A stretch of DNA of 64,000 bases from an uncultured Gammaproteobacteria bacterium (GTDB lineage Bacteria; Patescibacteriota; Microgenomatia; UBA1406; HO2-37-13b). The DNA is taken from assembly GCA_964612595.1 (NCBI GenBank), contig CAZTFB010000002.1, positions 70,663 through 134,662 of the forward strand. The letters are read 5' to 3'. The notes beneath the pieces are model-generated. The model ran no database searches. It was not told the DNA's origin and worked only from the letters and a program-made list of their open reading frames with translations. Positions 1-9,905 of this stretch are shown here, in pieces (the stretch's first letter is position 1; the number at the start of each line of letters is the position of its first letter). Position numbers and translations under genes: made by a program.

Positions 1-1
1 T

Positions 2-199
2 GAAGCATACTCGCCACATTTAATATGTACTTACGCTTTTGAGCTCGCTCAAGCTTGCAACCTACTATATGATAAACAGCGCATATTGAAAGCACCAGAA
101 AATGAAAAGGAGGTACGTCTAGCTTTACTAGAAGCCTCAAGCTTGACAATAAAAACATGTCTCAACCTCCTTGGCATCGAAGCACCTGAGCGTATTTAA
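2..199 (+). CDS. argS: arginine--tRNA ligase, C-terminal fragment (5' end outside window)
   Basis: Frame 2 is open from the window edge to TAA 197-199. The tail ...YAFELAQACNLLYDKQRIL...CLNLLGIEAPERI resembles the DALR anticodon-binding C-terminus of ArgRS (recognised by eye). Confidence 0.55.
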   Translation, partial: EAYSPHLICTYAFELAQACNLLYDKQRILKAPENEKEVRLALLEASSLTIKTCLNLLGIEAPERI

Positions 200-223
200 A
201 GTAATCCGTGATATACTAAACAG

Positions 224-802
224 ATGAAAAAATTGAAAGTTGGCTTTGATCTTGACGGCGTTCTCCTCTACAACCCCGCACGAATTGTTCGCTCGCCAGT
301 CGTTCATTTTAAACACATTTTTTTTCCAAAGAAAGAAAAAGTATTCTATGTCCCATCAACTGGTCCAGAAAGATTCCTTTGGCACATCTTTCATCTCTCA
401 AGTATTTTTATTGCTGGTGGATATTCTGATATTAAAAAACTAAGAGATAAAGGCATTATAGAGCCCTATCTCGTTACTGCTCGCTACGATTTTCTAAAAC
501 CAGATCTAAAGCGCTGGCTGCGACTTATGAAGGCTCACGATACGTTTGAGGGTGTCTTTATGAATGAAAATAATATGCAACCGCATCTCTATAAGGAAAA
601 GATGGTAAAACGACTTGGACTTGATATGTTTATTGAAGATAATTGGGATGTTGTAGCACATCTGAACAAGACAACTACCTCAAAAAATCTATGGATATAC
701 AACATATTTGATCGTGGTATTGAGTATCCTCTACGATTTCCATCTCTAAAGAAGGCAATTTCCTTCGTCATTAGTGCTACGAAAGGCCATGAAAAAAAAT
801 AG
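224..802 (+). CDS. HAD-superfamily hydrolase-like protein
   Basis: 192-aa ORF with N-terminal FDLDGVL (HAD motif I, DxDG). The specific substrate is unknown. Confidence 0.5.
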   Translation: MKKLKVGFDLDGVLLYNPARIVRSPVVHFKHIFFPKKEKVFYVPSTGPERFLWHIFHLSSIFIAGGYSDIKKLRDKGIIEPYLVTARYDFLKPDLKRWLRLMKAHDTFEGVFMNENNMQPHLYKEKMVKRLGLDMFIEDNWDVVAHLNKTTTSKNLWIYNIFDRGIEYPLRFPSLKKAISFVISATKGHEKK

Positions 803-1922
803 AAGCCGCGCTTTACTTGTAAGCGAGTATTTTCTTCCCCACTGGACAGGCATTTCGCAAGCATTCTACTATCTCGCAAAAAACCTTCAAGCACAAGGTT
901 ATGCAGTAAAGGTACTTACGACACAGTTTGAGAAGGAGCTTCCTATTGAAGAGGGGTTGCAAGGTATTTCTGTTGTGCGTGCACCATATCAGCTTCGCAT
1001 AAGTCGCACGCACTATTCGTTTGCGCTGATATTGCAGTTTATTCGCATGTTGCCACAGTATGATTGGGTCGTTATTAACTCGCCCAATAGTAACATATTG
1101 TTTTTGGCACTATTAGCAAAAAGTTTCGGTAAGAAACTTGCAATATATCATCAAGGCGACCTTACACTTCCTCGCCAAACAGGAAATACGATCATTCACA
1201 TAATTATGGAGCGTATGTTTGATGTTTTGAGCTTGCCATCATTTATGCTTGCTAATAGTACCTCTACTTACACCAAAGACTATGCTGAGCATTCTCGGGT
1301 TATGAGATATACCCTGCGCTCATTCAGAGCCTATATTCCGGGTTTTAAGGGCACACAAGGGGTAGTCAGTAAGTCGTTCGTAAAACAAATGACTACATTG
1401 AAGAATAAACGTATTATAATCGGCATCGCAGGGCGTTTTGTTGAAGAAAAAGGTTATGACATATTGCTTCGGGCGATGCCGCACATTAAAAAGGCTGTCC
1501 CAAACGCACACATTGTCTTTGCCGGAAAGCATCTTATTGATTACGAGCCATACTTTGAACGTCATAAAAAACTTATCCTAAAAAATCGCAAAGATATCAC
1601 CTTTCTTGGACTCTTGAATGCAGGCGATCTTGCCTATTTCTACGAAAGTATTGATGTATTTGTTATATCATCACGCTCAGACTGTTTTCCGGTGACACAA
1701 ATTGAGGCTGTAAACCACAAAGTTCCCCTTGTGGTTACTGATATTCCTGGTGCGCGCATGCTTGTAAAGAAATCTGGTTTTGGTGCTATAGCAAAGCCCG
1801 AAGATCCGATTGATCTTGCGCGCGCAATTGTCGATGTTATATCTAATAGAAAAATCTACCTCACTTTTCATAAAAAAGCGTTACAATGCTTACACGATCA
1901 TGAATTATTCAAGCTTGATTAA
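789..1922 (+). CDS. glycosyltransferase family 4 (GT-B, group 1)
   Basis: ORF 774-1922; preferred ATG is 789 (MKKNRSRALLVSEYF) after GAAAGG. The C-terminal half has the GT1/GT4 pattern (GRFVEEKGYD ... FVISSRSDCFPVTQIEA). Confidence 0.8.
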   Translation: MKKNRSRALLVSEYFLPHWTGISQAFYYLAKNLQAQGYAVKVLTTQFEKELPIEEGLQGISVVRAPYQLRISRTHYSFALILQFIRMLPQYDWVVINSPNSNILFLALLAKSFGKKLAIYHQGDLTLPRQTGNTIIHIIMERMFDVLSLPSFMLANSTSTYTKDYAEHSRVMRYTLRSFRAYIPGFKGTQGVVSKSFVKQMTTLKNKRIIIGIAGRFVEEKGYDILLRAMPHIKKAVPNAHIVFAGKHLIDYEPYFERHKKLILKNRKDITFLGLLNAGDLAYFYESIDVFVISSRSDCFPVTQIEAVNHKVPLVVTDIPGARMLVKKSGFGAIAKPEDPIDLARAIVDVISNRKIYLTFHKKALQCLHDHELFKLD

Positions 1923-2733
1923 CACCATTCTACGATCAGAAGTAGATCCTGCATTCGCAAAACGGGCGCGCTTCATTTTAGAACATATCGTTAAGGCCAA
2001 ACCAAAGAAGATTCTTGAAGTTGGATGTGGCCGTGGGTTCTATATCAAATCGGTTAGTTTGTGTGATTTTCCCACAGAAATTGTTGGTATAGACGTTAAT
2101 AAACAATATCTTGAAGCTGCGCGACGCCTTAATAAAAATGATAAGCGTGTCGCGCTCAAGAAAGGCTCTATCTACAACCTTCCTTACCCTGATAATTATT
2201 TTGATTGCATTATCTGTTCTGAGGTGCTCGAACACCTCGACGATGACCTTGCTGGCGCAAAAGAACTCCACCGTGTTCTCGCACCAAAAGGCATTGCCCT
2301 TTACTCTGTGCCACATACTAAATTCCCCTTTCTCTGGGACCCACTAAACTGGGTGCTTATGCTGTTTGGTACCCACATTCATAAAGACAAATGGTGGATA
2401 GCGGGTATTTGGGCAGATCATGAAAGGCTGTACACCGTAGAGTCATTCCAAAAAGTTCTCCGATCAGCCGGATTCTCAACCTCTCGTGTAAAGAAAATCG
2501 TTCATTGGTGTTGGCCAGGCTCACACTTCTTACTCTATGGTATCGGTAAAAACCTTGTTGAACGGGCAGGAGCAAAATCCTTTGACCGATTTAATTTTAG
2601 TAGTCAAAAACCGCTAGCGATCGGACTCGCGCTTCTTATGTCGCTTCCTTCGCGACTCCTCGATAAAAGACTGCCACTTTCTGCCTCAGTTAATTTGTGT
2701 AGTGCGGCTAAAAAGAACACGTCGCAAACGTAA
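1900..2733 (+). CDS. class I SAM-dependent methyltransferase
   Basis: ILEVGCGRGFY SAM-binding motif I and the DCIICSEVLEHL motif. Start moved to ATG 1900 (MNYSS) to avoid a long overlap with the upstream GT gene. Confidence 0.75.
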   Translation: MNYSSLINTILRSEVDPAFAKRARFILEHIVKAKPKKILEVGCGRGFYIKSVSLCDFPTEIVGIDVNKQYLEAARRLNKNDKRVALKKGSIYNLPYPDNYFDCIICSEVLEHLDDDLAGAKELHRVLAPKGIALYSVPHTKFPFLWDPLNWVLMLFGTHIHKDKWWIAGIWADHERLYTVESFQKVLRSAGFSTSRVKKIVHWCWPGSHFLLYGIGKNLVERAGAKSFDRFNFSSQKPLAIGLALLMSLPSRLLDKRLPLSASVNLCSAAKKNTSQT

Positions 2734-4408
2734 AATCACCTTGTTGGCGTGACGTACATACATATCTGCTTATATCGACTTCTTGAGTTAAGGAAGTAGG
2801 ATATATGATTATAAACGTTTCATTAAACGTAGTATCGGCAGGCATCGGCGGAAAATAAAGCCTCCCATAATCTGCAACTCCAATACTTTCTCCAAAAAAA
2901 ACATTGTCTTTATAGCCTGGTACATATCGCTCCATCACCTCAGGATCGGCATAAAAATACATATATATATTCTTTTCTGGATGTTGCATGCGCTCCTCAC
3001 TGATCATTGAATAGATGGGTTGGTTACCGAATGGATATGTTTTAGGAAAATCAACAAATATACGCGATGCGTTGTTGTGTGCTACAAAAGCCATTACAAT
3101 AATTGCGATGACAACCCCGCCATATTTCATCCATCGCACATTTTTATCATCAGTAATAAAACGCGATGCAATCGCATGCAACATATACGCTATGGTTATA
3201 TAGACCATGGGCAGTGCAACAATCATACGAGAAAAATTCGGCGTTTCAGTTTCGTAGCCAATCGACATGAGCGATGTGGGAATGAATGCGATGAATAGCA
3301 ACAATATGCTTAGTTGTGCATTGTTTTTTTTAAAGCTAATCAAGGCATAGCCTAGACCAGCAAGAAACAGCCACATCGTTATATCGTCCAGTCCCTTCTG
3401 ATAAGGTGAGGTGTTCTCGTATGGTGGAAATGATGTGCCTTGTTTAATGACGCCGTTAACTGTATTAGTGTAATTGCGGTAAAATGACGCAGCTCTTTGT
3501 TCAAGGGTAAAATTTCTATTTGCTACCTCCTGTCCCCTCATGCGCATGCGTTGAAAATAAACCTCTGGATGCTGGTAAATAAAGGAGAGTAAGGGCGCCA
3601 GTGCGATAATAAATGCAACGAGCGCAATCAACATACCTCTTAATAGAGCTGCCCGTTTTTTCCCGTGATGAACAAGAAGCGATAGAACAAGAAAAATACC
3701 AACAGCCAACGGCACAACCCAATAGGTTGTATATATGTAGAAGCCCGCAGCTAAACCGAGTCCTAAGAAATAGGCATAGCGGGCTTTACGATATGTGTGA
3801 AATTGTATCGCTGCATAAAAAACAAGTACGACAAAAAGCGGTACAAGTGAGGCACGATACGCGAGGCGCTCCATCAGCATCTGCCAACTAGAAAAAGTAA
3901 AGAGGATACTGGTAAAAAATGCCACGAAGGGATGGATGTTCAAACGCGTGAGCATAATAAACAAAACCAGTGCTGTCATTACCCCAGCTGCTGCCCCTAC
4001 AATTTTCATAGCCATAAACTCATCGTGAATTACGCTGTCAACAAGGGCCGCAAGATGATAATAGAGTGGTTCCTTTGAGAAGTTTTCGTACAAAATATAT
4101 GCTTTTTTGGTGTCGACAACTTGCTGAACCTGCTGCGTATCTCGTGCGACGTCAAACCCATACATATCTTGTGGGATTGAGTCGATAGCGTAGAAATGAA
4201 ACAATACGCCTACGACAAGAAGTATGATGACGTATGTGAGCTTACTGTTGGATATAGAGCGAGGTGAGTGCTTTTCTTTTGGCACCAATAAATAATAACC
4301 AACAAGAACATTGAGGAATAGGGCAAGGATTGAGGGAAAGCCCCATTCAAACCCACGAATCCATACAACTTCGGCGAGCAAGAGCACCGACATCATTAAA
4401 AACTTCAT
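2708..4408 (-). CDS. polytopic membrane protein, GT-C-type (ArnT/PMT-like) glycosyltransferase candidate
   Basis: 566 aa with many hydrophobic helices in the N-terminal two thirds and a soluble C-terminal domain. Sits among glycosyltransferase genes; the family call is tentative. Confidence 0.5.
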   Translation of the reverse strand: MKFLMMSVLLLAEVVWIRGFEWGFPSILALFLNVLVGYYLLVPKEKHSPRSISNSKLTYVIILLVVGVLFHFYAIDSIPQDMYGFDVARDTQQVQQVVDTKKAYILYENFSKEPLYYHLAALVDSVIHDEFMAMKIVGAAAGVMTALVLFIMLTRLNIHPFVAFFTSILFTFSSWQMLMERLAYRASLVPLFVVLVFYAAIQFHTYRKARYAYFLGLGLAAGFYIYTTYWVVPLAVGIFLVLSLLVHHGKKRAALLRGMLIALVAFIIALAPLLSFIYQHPEVYFQRMRMRGQEVANRNFTLEQRAASFYRNYTNTVNGVIKQGTSFPPYENTSPYQKGLDDITMWLFLAGLGYALISFKKNNAQLSILLLFIAFIPTSLMSIGYETETPNFSRMIVALPMVYITIAYMLHAIASRFITDDKNVRWMKYGGVVIAIIVMAFVAHNNASRIFVDFPKTYPFGNQPIYSMISEERMQHPEKNIYMYFYADPEVMERYVPGYKDNVFFGESIGVADYGRLYFPPMPADTTFNETFIIIYPTSLTQEVDISRYVCTSRQQGDFTFATCSF

Positions 4409-6090
4409 TACTTCCTTTTAAATATGGTAACTTTTGGATGATCATATACAGTAAACGCCTCTTCAGACCACTGATCATCAAAATAGAGCTTCACAAAGCC
4501 TAGATTAAGTGTCGGGTATGAGGTAAATTCGGCCACTTTCTCAAACCCCGCATCACCAGCAAAAAGTCTTTCATAATATGCACTCATTCTTGGGTAGTGA
4601 TCAGGGATTGGCATAATACTTCCGTATCCCCTATTGCTTGTGAGAATATAATAGTCTGTTCTGTTAAGATCTCGAGTGAGCTGTATCCATTTTTCTGGCG
4701 TGTCTGGATTAAAAACGGGTAATGAAATGCCTTCATAATTGCGTTGAGGGGCGTTTGGAAGATTGAGAGGAAGCCAATCATCCCAGTATTCTGTTGCTAT
4801 GCGCGAACCGGAAGGAACGTTTTGAACAATCCATTCTGAGGCGGTAACGCGTGAATGTGGCCGCGAATATATTGCCATAAAGCTGAGCGGCCAAATGAGA
4901 ACTAAAGCCATAAGAAGTGCAAATACTGGTTTTTTATAGTTTCTATCGACATATGACATCACATAGAGTAATCCTATGCCAGTTGCTAAAGCCATATAAG
5001 GGTACATAGGATAAAAATAGCGCATTGATGTAACGCTGCGCGTTCCCTGATAGATAAAAAAGCTGAAAACCCACAAGGTAATAAAAATGAGTTGAGGCTT
5101 TTTGCTTGTGGTCATACGTCCAAGACCAATGAGAGAAAAAAGGAAATAGACTATTCCTAAGCCGAAAATGGCCATATTTTGTAGCGGAAAAAGGAGTGGC
5201 TTTTTATTTATCCACTGTACGCTTGGCGGCATACCGAGCGAAGGCGTTGCATACGATTTCAATTGCTCAATATTTTGTTTGAATTGTGAACTAATCGTTA
5301 AATCGGTCAAAGAAGCCGATGCAAACATGTGTGGATCACCGATACGAAGAGCACTATATGCACACACAACAAATAGACATAGCCCTAATATCCATCCGAG
5401 TAAATTCTGTAGCCTAAATTCTCTTTGAATCGTTCGTATCTGTCCAAAAGCGCCCACTAAACTTATTCCCAGGATAAGAGGGAGGGCGTAAAGAGCAGAG
5501 ATTTTCGATGCCATTGCAAAACCAAAGGCTGCACCGCCCCAGCTCATAAATAACACGCTTTGACCGAATCGTGCGCGAAGCGCACATGCAACCGACAATG
5601 TTATGAAGAACGTTAGAAATGAATCAACGGTAAAAAAATGTGCATTTTGAATCGGTAGCACAGCGATTGCATACAAAAAGCCACTCATATATGGCAATCG
5701 CTTGTCTAGCTTGTATTGCTTCGCAAGCAGCTGTGCAATGACGATAACAAGCAGCAGTGTGCCAAGATCAAACACTGCGCTCATGTAACGCCCCGCAAGG
5801 ACGATATGCGTATATGAGTCATAGCGTGTTCCTTGTACAACAAGCTTGTTTAGTGTGATAGGCAAAGTTCCGTAAACATAAAAAGAATGTCCAATATTGT
5901 ATGGGTTAAGTGTAGAAATCGTAGGATCTAAATAAGCCGAGAAAGATTCGGGAACTTTTGCAGCAGTCGCAACCATCGTTAAAAACCGCTCGTCGGGATG
6001 AAGATGTTGGTTTTGATCCCAGTTTACACCGTAGATACGAAGAAATGCGGCAAACAACAATACTAGCAATCCATAAATTACCGGCTTCAT
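4408..6090 (-). CDS. polytopic membrane glycosyltransferase, GT39/ArnT-like
   Basis: 560 aa with about 12 hydrophobic helices. The first loop HPDERFLTMV resembles the DE-loop of ArnT/PMT-type GT-C enzymes. Start overlaps the stop of the downstream paralog-like gene by 1 nt. Confidence 0.6.
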   Translation of the reverse strand: MKPVIYGLLVLLFAAFLRIYGVNWDQNQHLHPDERFLTMVATAAKVPESFSAYLDPTISTLNPYNIGHSFYVYGTLPITLNKLVVQGTRYDSYTHIVLAGRYMSAVFDLGTLLLVIVIAQLLAKQYKLDKRLPYMSGFLYAIAVLPIQNAHFFTVDSFLTFFITLSVACALRARFGQSVLFMSWGGAAFGFAMASKISALYALPLILGISLVGAFGQIRTIQREFRLQNLLGWILGLCLFVVCAYSALRIGDPHMFASASLTDLTISSQFKQNIEQLKSYATPSLGMPPSVQWINKKPLLFPLQNMAIFGLGIVYFLFSLIGLGRMTTSKKPQLIFITLWVFSFFIYQGTRSVTSMRYFYPMYPYMALATGIGLLYVMSYVDRNYKKPVFALLMALVLIWPLSFMAIYSRPHSRVTASEWIVQNVPSGSRIATEYWDDWLPLNLPNAPQRNYEGISLPVFNPDTPEKWIQLTRDLNRTDYYILTSNRGYGSIMPIPDHYPRMSAYYERLFAGDAGFEKVAEFTSYPTLNLGFVKLYFDDQWSEEAFTVYDHPKVTIFKRK

Positions 6091-6105
6091 ATAAGGATGA
6101 TAGCA

Positions 6106-6822
6106 CTATATCGTAAAGCGTTCAAAGAATACTTGTTCGGGAGCAACACCAAGACTTAAAACAAACTCGCGCAATGAATCAACCACAAGTTTTGATCCAC
6201 ACACATAATATTCGTACTCGTTATGCTTCCCTTGCACAAAATTAGTCACATGTTGATTGACGCGTCCCATTTCGTAATATGTAATATCAAGTCCCTCAAG
6301 GTTCTCCTCGCGAGAAAGACAAATTTTGAACTTAAAATTGGGGTATTTTGTAGCTAATTCTTTAAATTCATCAAACAAATATATGCCCTGTCTATTTTTA
6401 AGACCAAAGTAGAGTGTAAGTGTCGCATTATGACTTTCACGACTAAAGTACGACTCAATCATAGATTTGATAGGAGCGATACCCGTGCCGGTCGCTAGAA
6501 AAATCTTATTCATCGGGAAGTCTTTTAAAATAAAAACGCCCGCAGGTCCTTTAAATTGAGCTGTTGATCCTACTGAAAGATTCATAAGATAGTTTGATCC
6601 AAGGCCCCCGGGTATTGTTTCAACAAGTAAGTCAAACGAGGAGTGTATATTATCGGCTGAAGCGATTGAATATTGTCGATAATTGCCATCCACCTTAAGG
6701 AGCATATATTGTCCAGCAGTGAAGTCGAGTGTCTGCCCTTCAGCCAACGCAAATCTATAATACCAGACTTCAGGCGCAATCTCGGTTTTTTGTGTCAAAG
6801 TTACCTCATAATCTTGAACCAT
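6106..6822 (-). CDS. ferredoxin-NADP reductase-like FAD/NAD(P)-binding oxidoreductase
   Basis: RQYSIAS (RxYS FAD-binding motif) and GTGIAP (NAD(P)H-binding motif) with the spacing typical of the FNR family. Confidence 0.75.
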   Translation of the reverse strand: MVQDYEVTLTQKTEIAPEVWYYRFALAEGQTLDFTAGQYMLLKVDGNYRQYSIASADNIHSSFDLLVETIPGGLGSNYLMNLSVGSTAQFKGPAGVFILKDFPMNKIFLATGTGIAPIKSMIESYFSRESHNATLTLYFGLKNRQGIYLFDEFKELATKYPNFKFKICLSREENLEGLDITYYEMGRVNQHVTNFVQGKHNEYEYYVCGSKLVVDSLREFVLSLGVAPEQVFFERFTI

Positions 6823-6837
6823 GGTTGTATTATATCA
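6823..6837 (-). promoter_or_regulatory. extended -10 promoter TGATATAAT placed 6 nt before the ATG (leaderless-type start)
   Basis: The minus strand reads TGATATAAT-ACAACC-ATG. The same TGATATAAT-N6-start arrangement occurs at 25815-25829 and 46277-46291. Confidence 0.5.
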
Positions 6838-6875
6838 AGCCCGCGGCTTAATAAGGTCGTGTCCGCCGCCTAGAC
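6829..6875 (+). repeat. GC-rich intergenic element (variant of the 25829-25876 element)
   Basis: ATTATATCAAGCCCGCGGC is identical to 25821-25839, followed by AAGGTCGTGTC (6853-6863) and a GCGGC/GCCGC hairpin. Confidence 0.6.
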
Positions 6876-6915
6876 TTCACATAATTAGTTAATATTTTCC
6901 TTTTAAACTACCATT

Positions 6916-7503
6916 ATGGCCTCACGGTATGAGCGAAAATTGTTTCTGGCGCATTCAATATATCACGCATTTAGTCGAGGTGTAAACAAAGCCGATATCT
7001 TTCATTCTCCTGAGGACTATGACTTTTTTACGGAAAGTTTGATGTTGTATCTCCTACCAAAAGAGGAGCTCATTGAGCATCTCTATAAGCAAGGATATTC
7101 ACAGAAAAAAATTCTGCATTTATCATCGAAAGTTGCACACCTTAAAAATTACGCAAATGAAGTTTCCCTTATTGCTTACTGCTTAATGCCAAATCATTTT
7201 CACCTACTTCTTGAACAAGGGAAAAAAACGAGTATGACCAATTTCATGAAATCATTACTTATAAGGTATTCCATGTATTACTCACGCAAGTATGAACATA
7301 TTGGCCCACTCTTTCAAGGTCGGTACAAAGCTATTAATGTATTAAGTGAAACATACTTTCGCATTGTATTTAACTACATCCATGAAAATCCACGCAGTCT
7401 GCAGTCGTTTCACAATAATCCGCAAGACTATCCTTGGTCAAGTATGCGTGGCTATAACGGAGATAACGCGCAACAATCATGGATAAAGACACGATCCTTT
7501 TAA
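6916..7503 (+). CDS. IS200/IS605-type Y1 (HUH) transposase, RayT-like
   Basis: 195 aa. HUH motif in CLMPNHFHLLLEQ, and the C-terminal YIHENP motif typical of Y1_Tnp / REP-associated tyrosine transposases. Confidence 0.75.
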   Translation: MASRYERKLFLAHSIYHAFSRGVNKADIFHSPEDYDFFTESLMLYLLPKEELIEHLYKQGYSQKKILHLSSKVAHLKNYANEVSLIAYCLMPNHFHLLLEQGKKTSMTNFMKSLLIRYSMYYSRKYEHIGPLFQGRYKAINVLSETYFRIVFNYIHENPRSLQSFHNNPQDYPWSSMRGYNGDNAQQSWIKTRSF

Positions 7504-7515
7504 GCCACGGGCTTA
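7488..7515 (-). repeat. 28-nt intergenic element, copy 1 (TAAGCCCGTGGCTTAAAAGGATCGTGTC)
   Basis: 27/28 identical to 22450-22477 and 23/28 to 10980-11007. Starts with the TAA stop of the VirD4-like gene and overlaps the last codons of the transposase on the other strand. Confidence 0.8.
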
Positions 7516-9852
7516 GAGCCTCGAGCGTTGGATAGTTTCTGCCTCTACAAGCTCGCGGGGGCGGCCATACTTGAGGCGAGAAAGCTGGATAATCGCCTCT
7601 GCAATTTTCGGATTTGCCTGTTTAGTATATTCAACAATATCGCGCGTCATATCGATTGAAAATGGTGGTATAGGCTCATTGCGCACAATTGTTTTCATAT
7701 ACGCATGATACTTGTCGACGTTTATAAGGTCTGTCTCGCTAAATACTGGTTGGAATTCGCGTGAAATATATGATGCGTCGGTAACGCCAACGCGGAAACA
7801 GATGAGTGTACCGACGTTTCCAAAGACAGCGTTTTTTACTTCATCATCCATCTGGCCGATGAATTGATTCGCGACTGTAAGCCCCAAACGATATTTACGG
7901 GCCTCAGAAAGAATGACGGCGAAATCTGGTGTCGCAAAATTCTGAAACTCATCGACAAAAAGGAAAAAGTCCTTACGCTGCTCTTCTGGAATTTCTTGGC
8001 GCGACATAGCTGCCACAAGTATCTTTGGAATAATAACAAGTCCGAGGAAAGCGGAGTTTTCCTCCCCAAGCTTACCCTTACTCAAATTAATCAGGAGAAT
8101 TTTGCGCTCATCCATAACGTTTCTAAAGTTAAAGGACGACTCTGATTGACCAATGATATTGCGGATGACTGCATTCGTCACAAAACGGCCAAACTTAGAT
8201 ACGATGTAATCAAGTGTTTCTGATTTATGAAAATCGCTGGTCTGGGCAATCTGATCAGTCCAAAATCGACGAACAATTGGATCTGTAAGCTTTGGCAAAA
8301 GTTCCTGCACATATTTTGGATCGGTCAGGATACGTACCACTTCGATAAATGTAGTACCCTCATCAGCCATAACCGTCAACATAGCATTACGCACCGTATG
8401 CTCAAAACGAGGGCCAACGATACCTGTTCGCTGAGGATCGTAAAGTTTGTACATCAAATTAATGATCGCGGAGGTAATAAAATGCTTTTCCTGTTCTCCG
8501 CGAGCTTCTAATAGATTAAGTCCGATAGGGCGCTCCACATCGGCTGGATCAAAATAAATAACATCCTCCGCCCTATCTGCCGGTATATATTGGAGGATAC
8601 CCTCAACAAGATCACCGTGTGGATCAATCACACAAACGCCATGACCTGCTTTTATGTCTTGAATTGCCATATCTTTAAGCAATTCAGATTTACCAACACC
8701 CGTTTTTCCAATGATGTATAAATGGCGGCGGCGATCTTCCTGCAAAATATGTACTTGCCGCCGCACTCCTCTATAATGCCCGTAGCCCAAATATGTCCCG
8801 CCGTCTTCGGCGACCTCAGCCGCTACGGGCGCCGTTTTTGCCTTTAACCAATGAATAAATGGCGTCTCAACAGTCTTATTCGGAAGATGAAAAATAGTCG
8901 CCAACTCCTCCGAAGATAGAACTGATACCGATTTTGCAAAAGGGAGATCAATAACAGGAAAAAATTTATAGATAAAATTAACCATAAATCCGTACTTAAA
9001 GAGTATTTTTGCCGTACCAAAACTGTTTTGCTCCGAAGCAAACTGGTTAAATGCCGTCTTCATGTTTTTGACATGCATTTCGGCTAATTTTTTATCTTGA
9101 GCTGTTGCAACAAGTCGAATTGCCACATCATATCCAGGTTTTGAAAGTTTTTCACCTATCCGCTCCAAACCCTTTTGGTCAACACTAAACGTCGCTTTGT
9201 CTGGCGAAGCCTCTTTCTTCTTTGTTTTCGCCACATACGACTTTCCTGCCTCTTTATATTTAGATTCTGTGGTGCGCATTAAAACCTGAATAATTGCGCC
9301 TTCACCCTCACTTAGCTTAGATAGCGGTGAAGTCACAGCCGAAAGTGAATCGTAGGGAAGCTCCTTGTATGTTTTTATAGGTTCAAAATCATCATGCTTT
9401 AAGTGCAGCGCAGCATATGCAACATGCCCCTTCTCGCTAAAAATATGCTGTTCCTCTACAACAGCAATATCACACGCTGGATAAAACGCATATATTTGCT
9501 TCTCAACAAGATCCTTAAGTTTATTTGGCACCGTCACATAAAAAGCAATCTTCCCTGGCGTGCCAATAATTTCAAATCCAAGCGTATCTTCAATATCAAG
9601 AAATGACCAAAACCCGCTGTTTTTCAGCGAAGCAAACGAGGCGAACATCTGCTCGGCGGCATCGATTTTTAGCTCGTTATCCTTTGGCAGTCGAATCTCC
9701 ATCGTTACCGACTCTAGCGCGTGTTCTTCGCGCTTTTTCATCTTGATGAGCATAACGACCACATACAATACTGCCGCCGAAAATGCGAGCGCGACGACGA
9801 CTGCGATGAATATGACAAATGTAAGAATAAGGCTATCTACTATGCCTCCCAT
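7513..9852 (-). CDS. type IV secretion coupling-protein-like ATPase (VirD4/TraG/TraD family)
   Basis: 779 aa with an N-terminal TM helix, Walker A GKTGVGKSE, a Walker B-like FFLFVDEFQNF, and C-terminal TraD/TraG-type organisation. Confidence 0.7.
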   Translation of the reverse strand: MGGIVDSLILTFVIFIAVVVALAFSAAVLYVVVMLIKMKKREEHALESVTMEIRLPKDNELKIDAAEQMFASFASLKNSGFWSFLDIEDTLGFEIIGTPGKIAFYVTVPNKLKDLVEKQIYAFYPACDIAVVEEQHIFSEKGHVAYAALHLKHDDFEPIKTYKELPYDSLSAVTSPLSKLSEGEGAIIQVLMRTTESKYKEAGKSYVAKTKKKEASPDKATFSVDQKGLERIGEKLSKPGYDVAIRLVATAQDKKLAEMHVKNMKTAFNQFASEQNSFGTAKILFKYGFMVNFIYKFFPVIDLPFAKSVSVLSSEELATIFHLPNKTVETPFIHWLKAKTAPVAAEVAEDGGTYLGYGHYRGVRRQVHILQEDRRRHLYIIGKTGVGKSELLKDMAIQDIKAGHGVCVIDPHGDLVEGILQYIPADRAEDVIYFDPADVERPIGLNLLEARGEQEKHFITSAIINLMYKLYDPQRTGIVGPRFEHTVRNAMLTVMADEGTTFIEVVRILTDPKYVQELLPKLTDPIVRRFWTDQIAQTSDFHKSETLDYIVSKFGRFVTNAVIRNIIGQSESSFNFRNVMDERKILLINLSKGKLGEENSAFLGLVIIPKILVAAMSRQEIPEEQRKDFFLFVDEFQNFATPDFAVILSEARKYRLGLTVANQFIGQMDDEVKNAVFGNVGTLICFRVGVTDASYISREFQPVFSETDLINVDKYHAYMKTIVRNEPIPPFSIDMTRDIVEYTKQANPKIAEAIIQLSRLKYGRPRELVEAETIQRSRL

Positions 9853-9905
9853 GAGTTCAGTATACAGGAACGAGGAAATGAAGTATACTTATTTCCGCAC
9901 TAACT

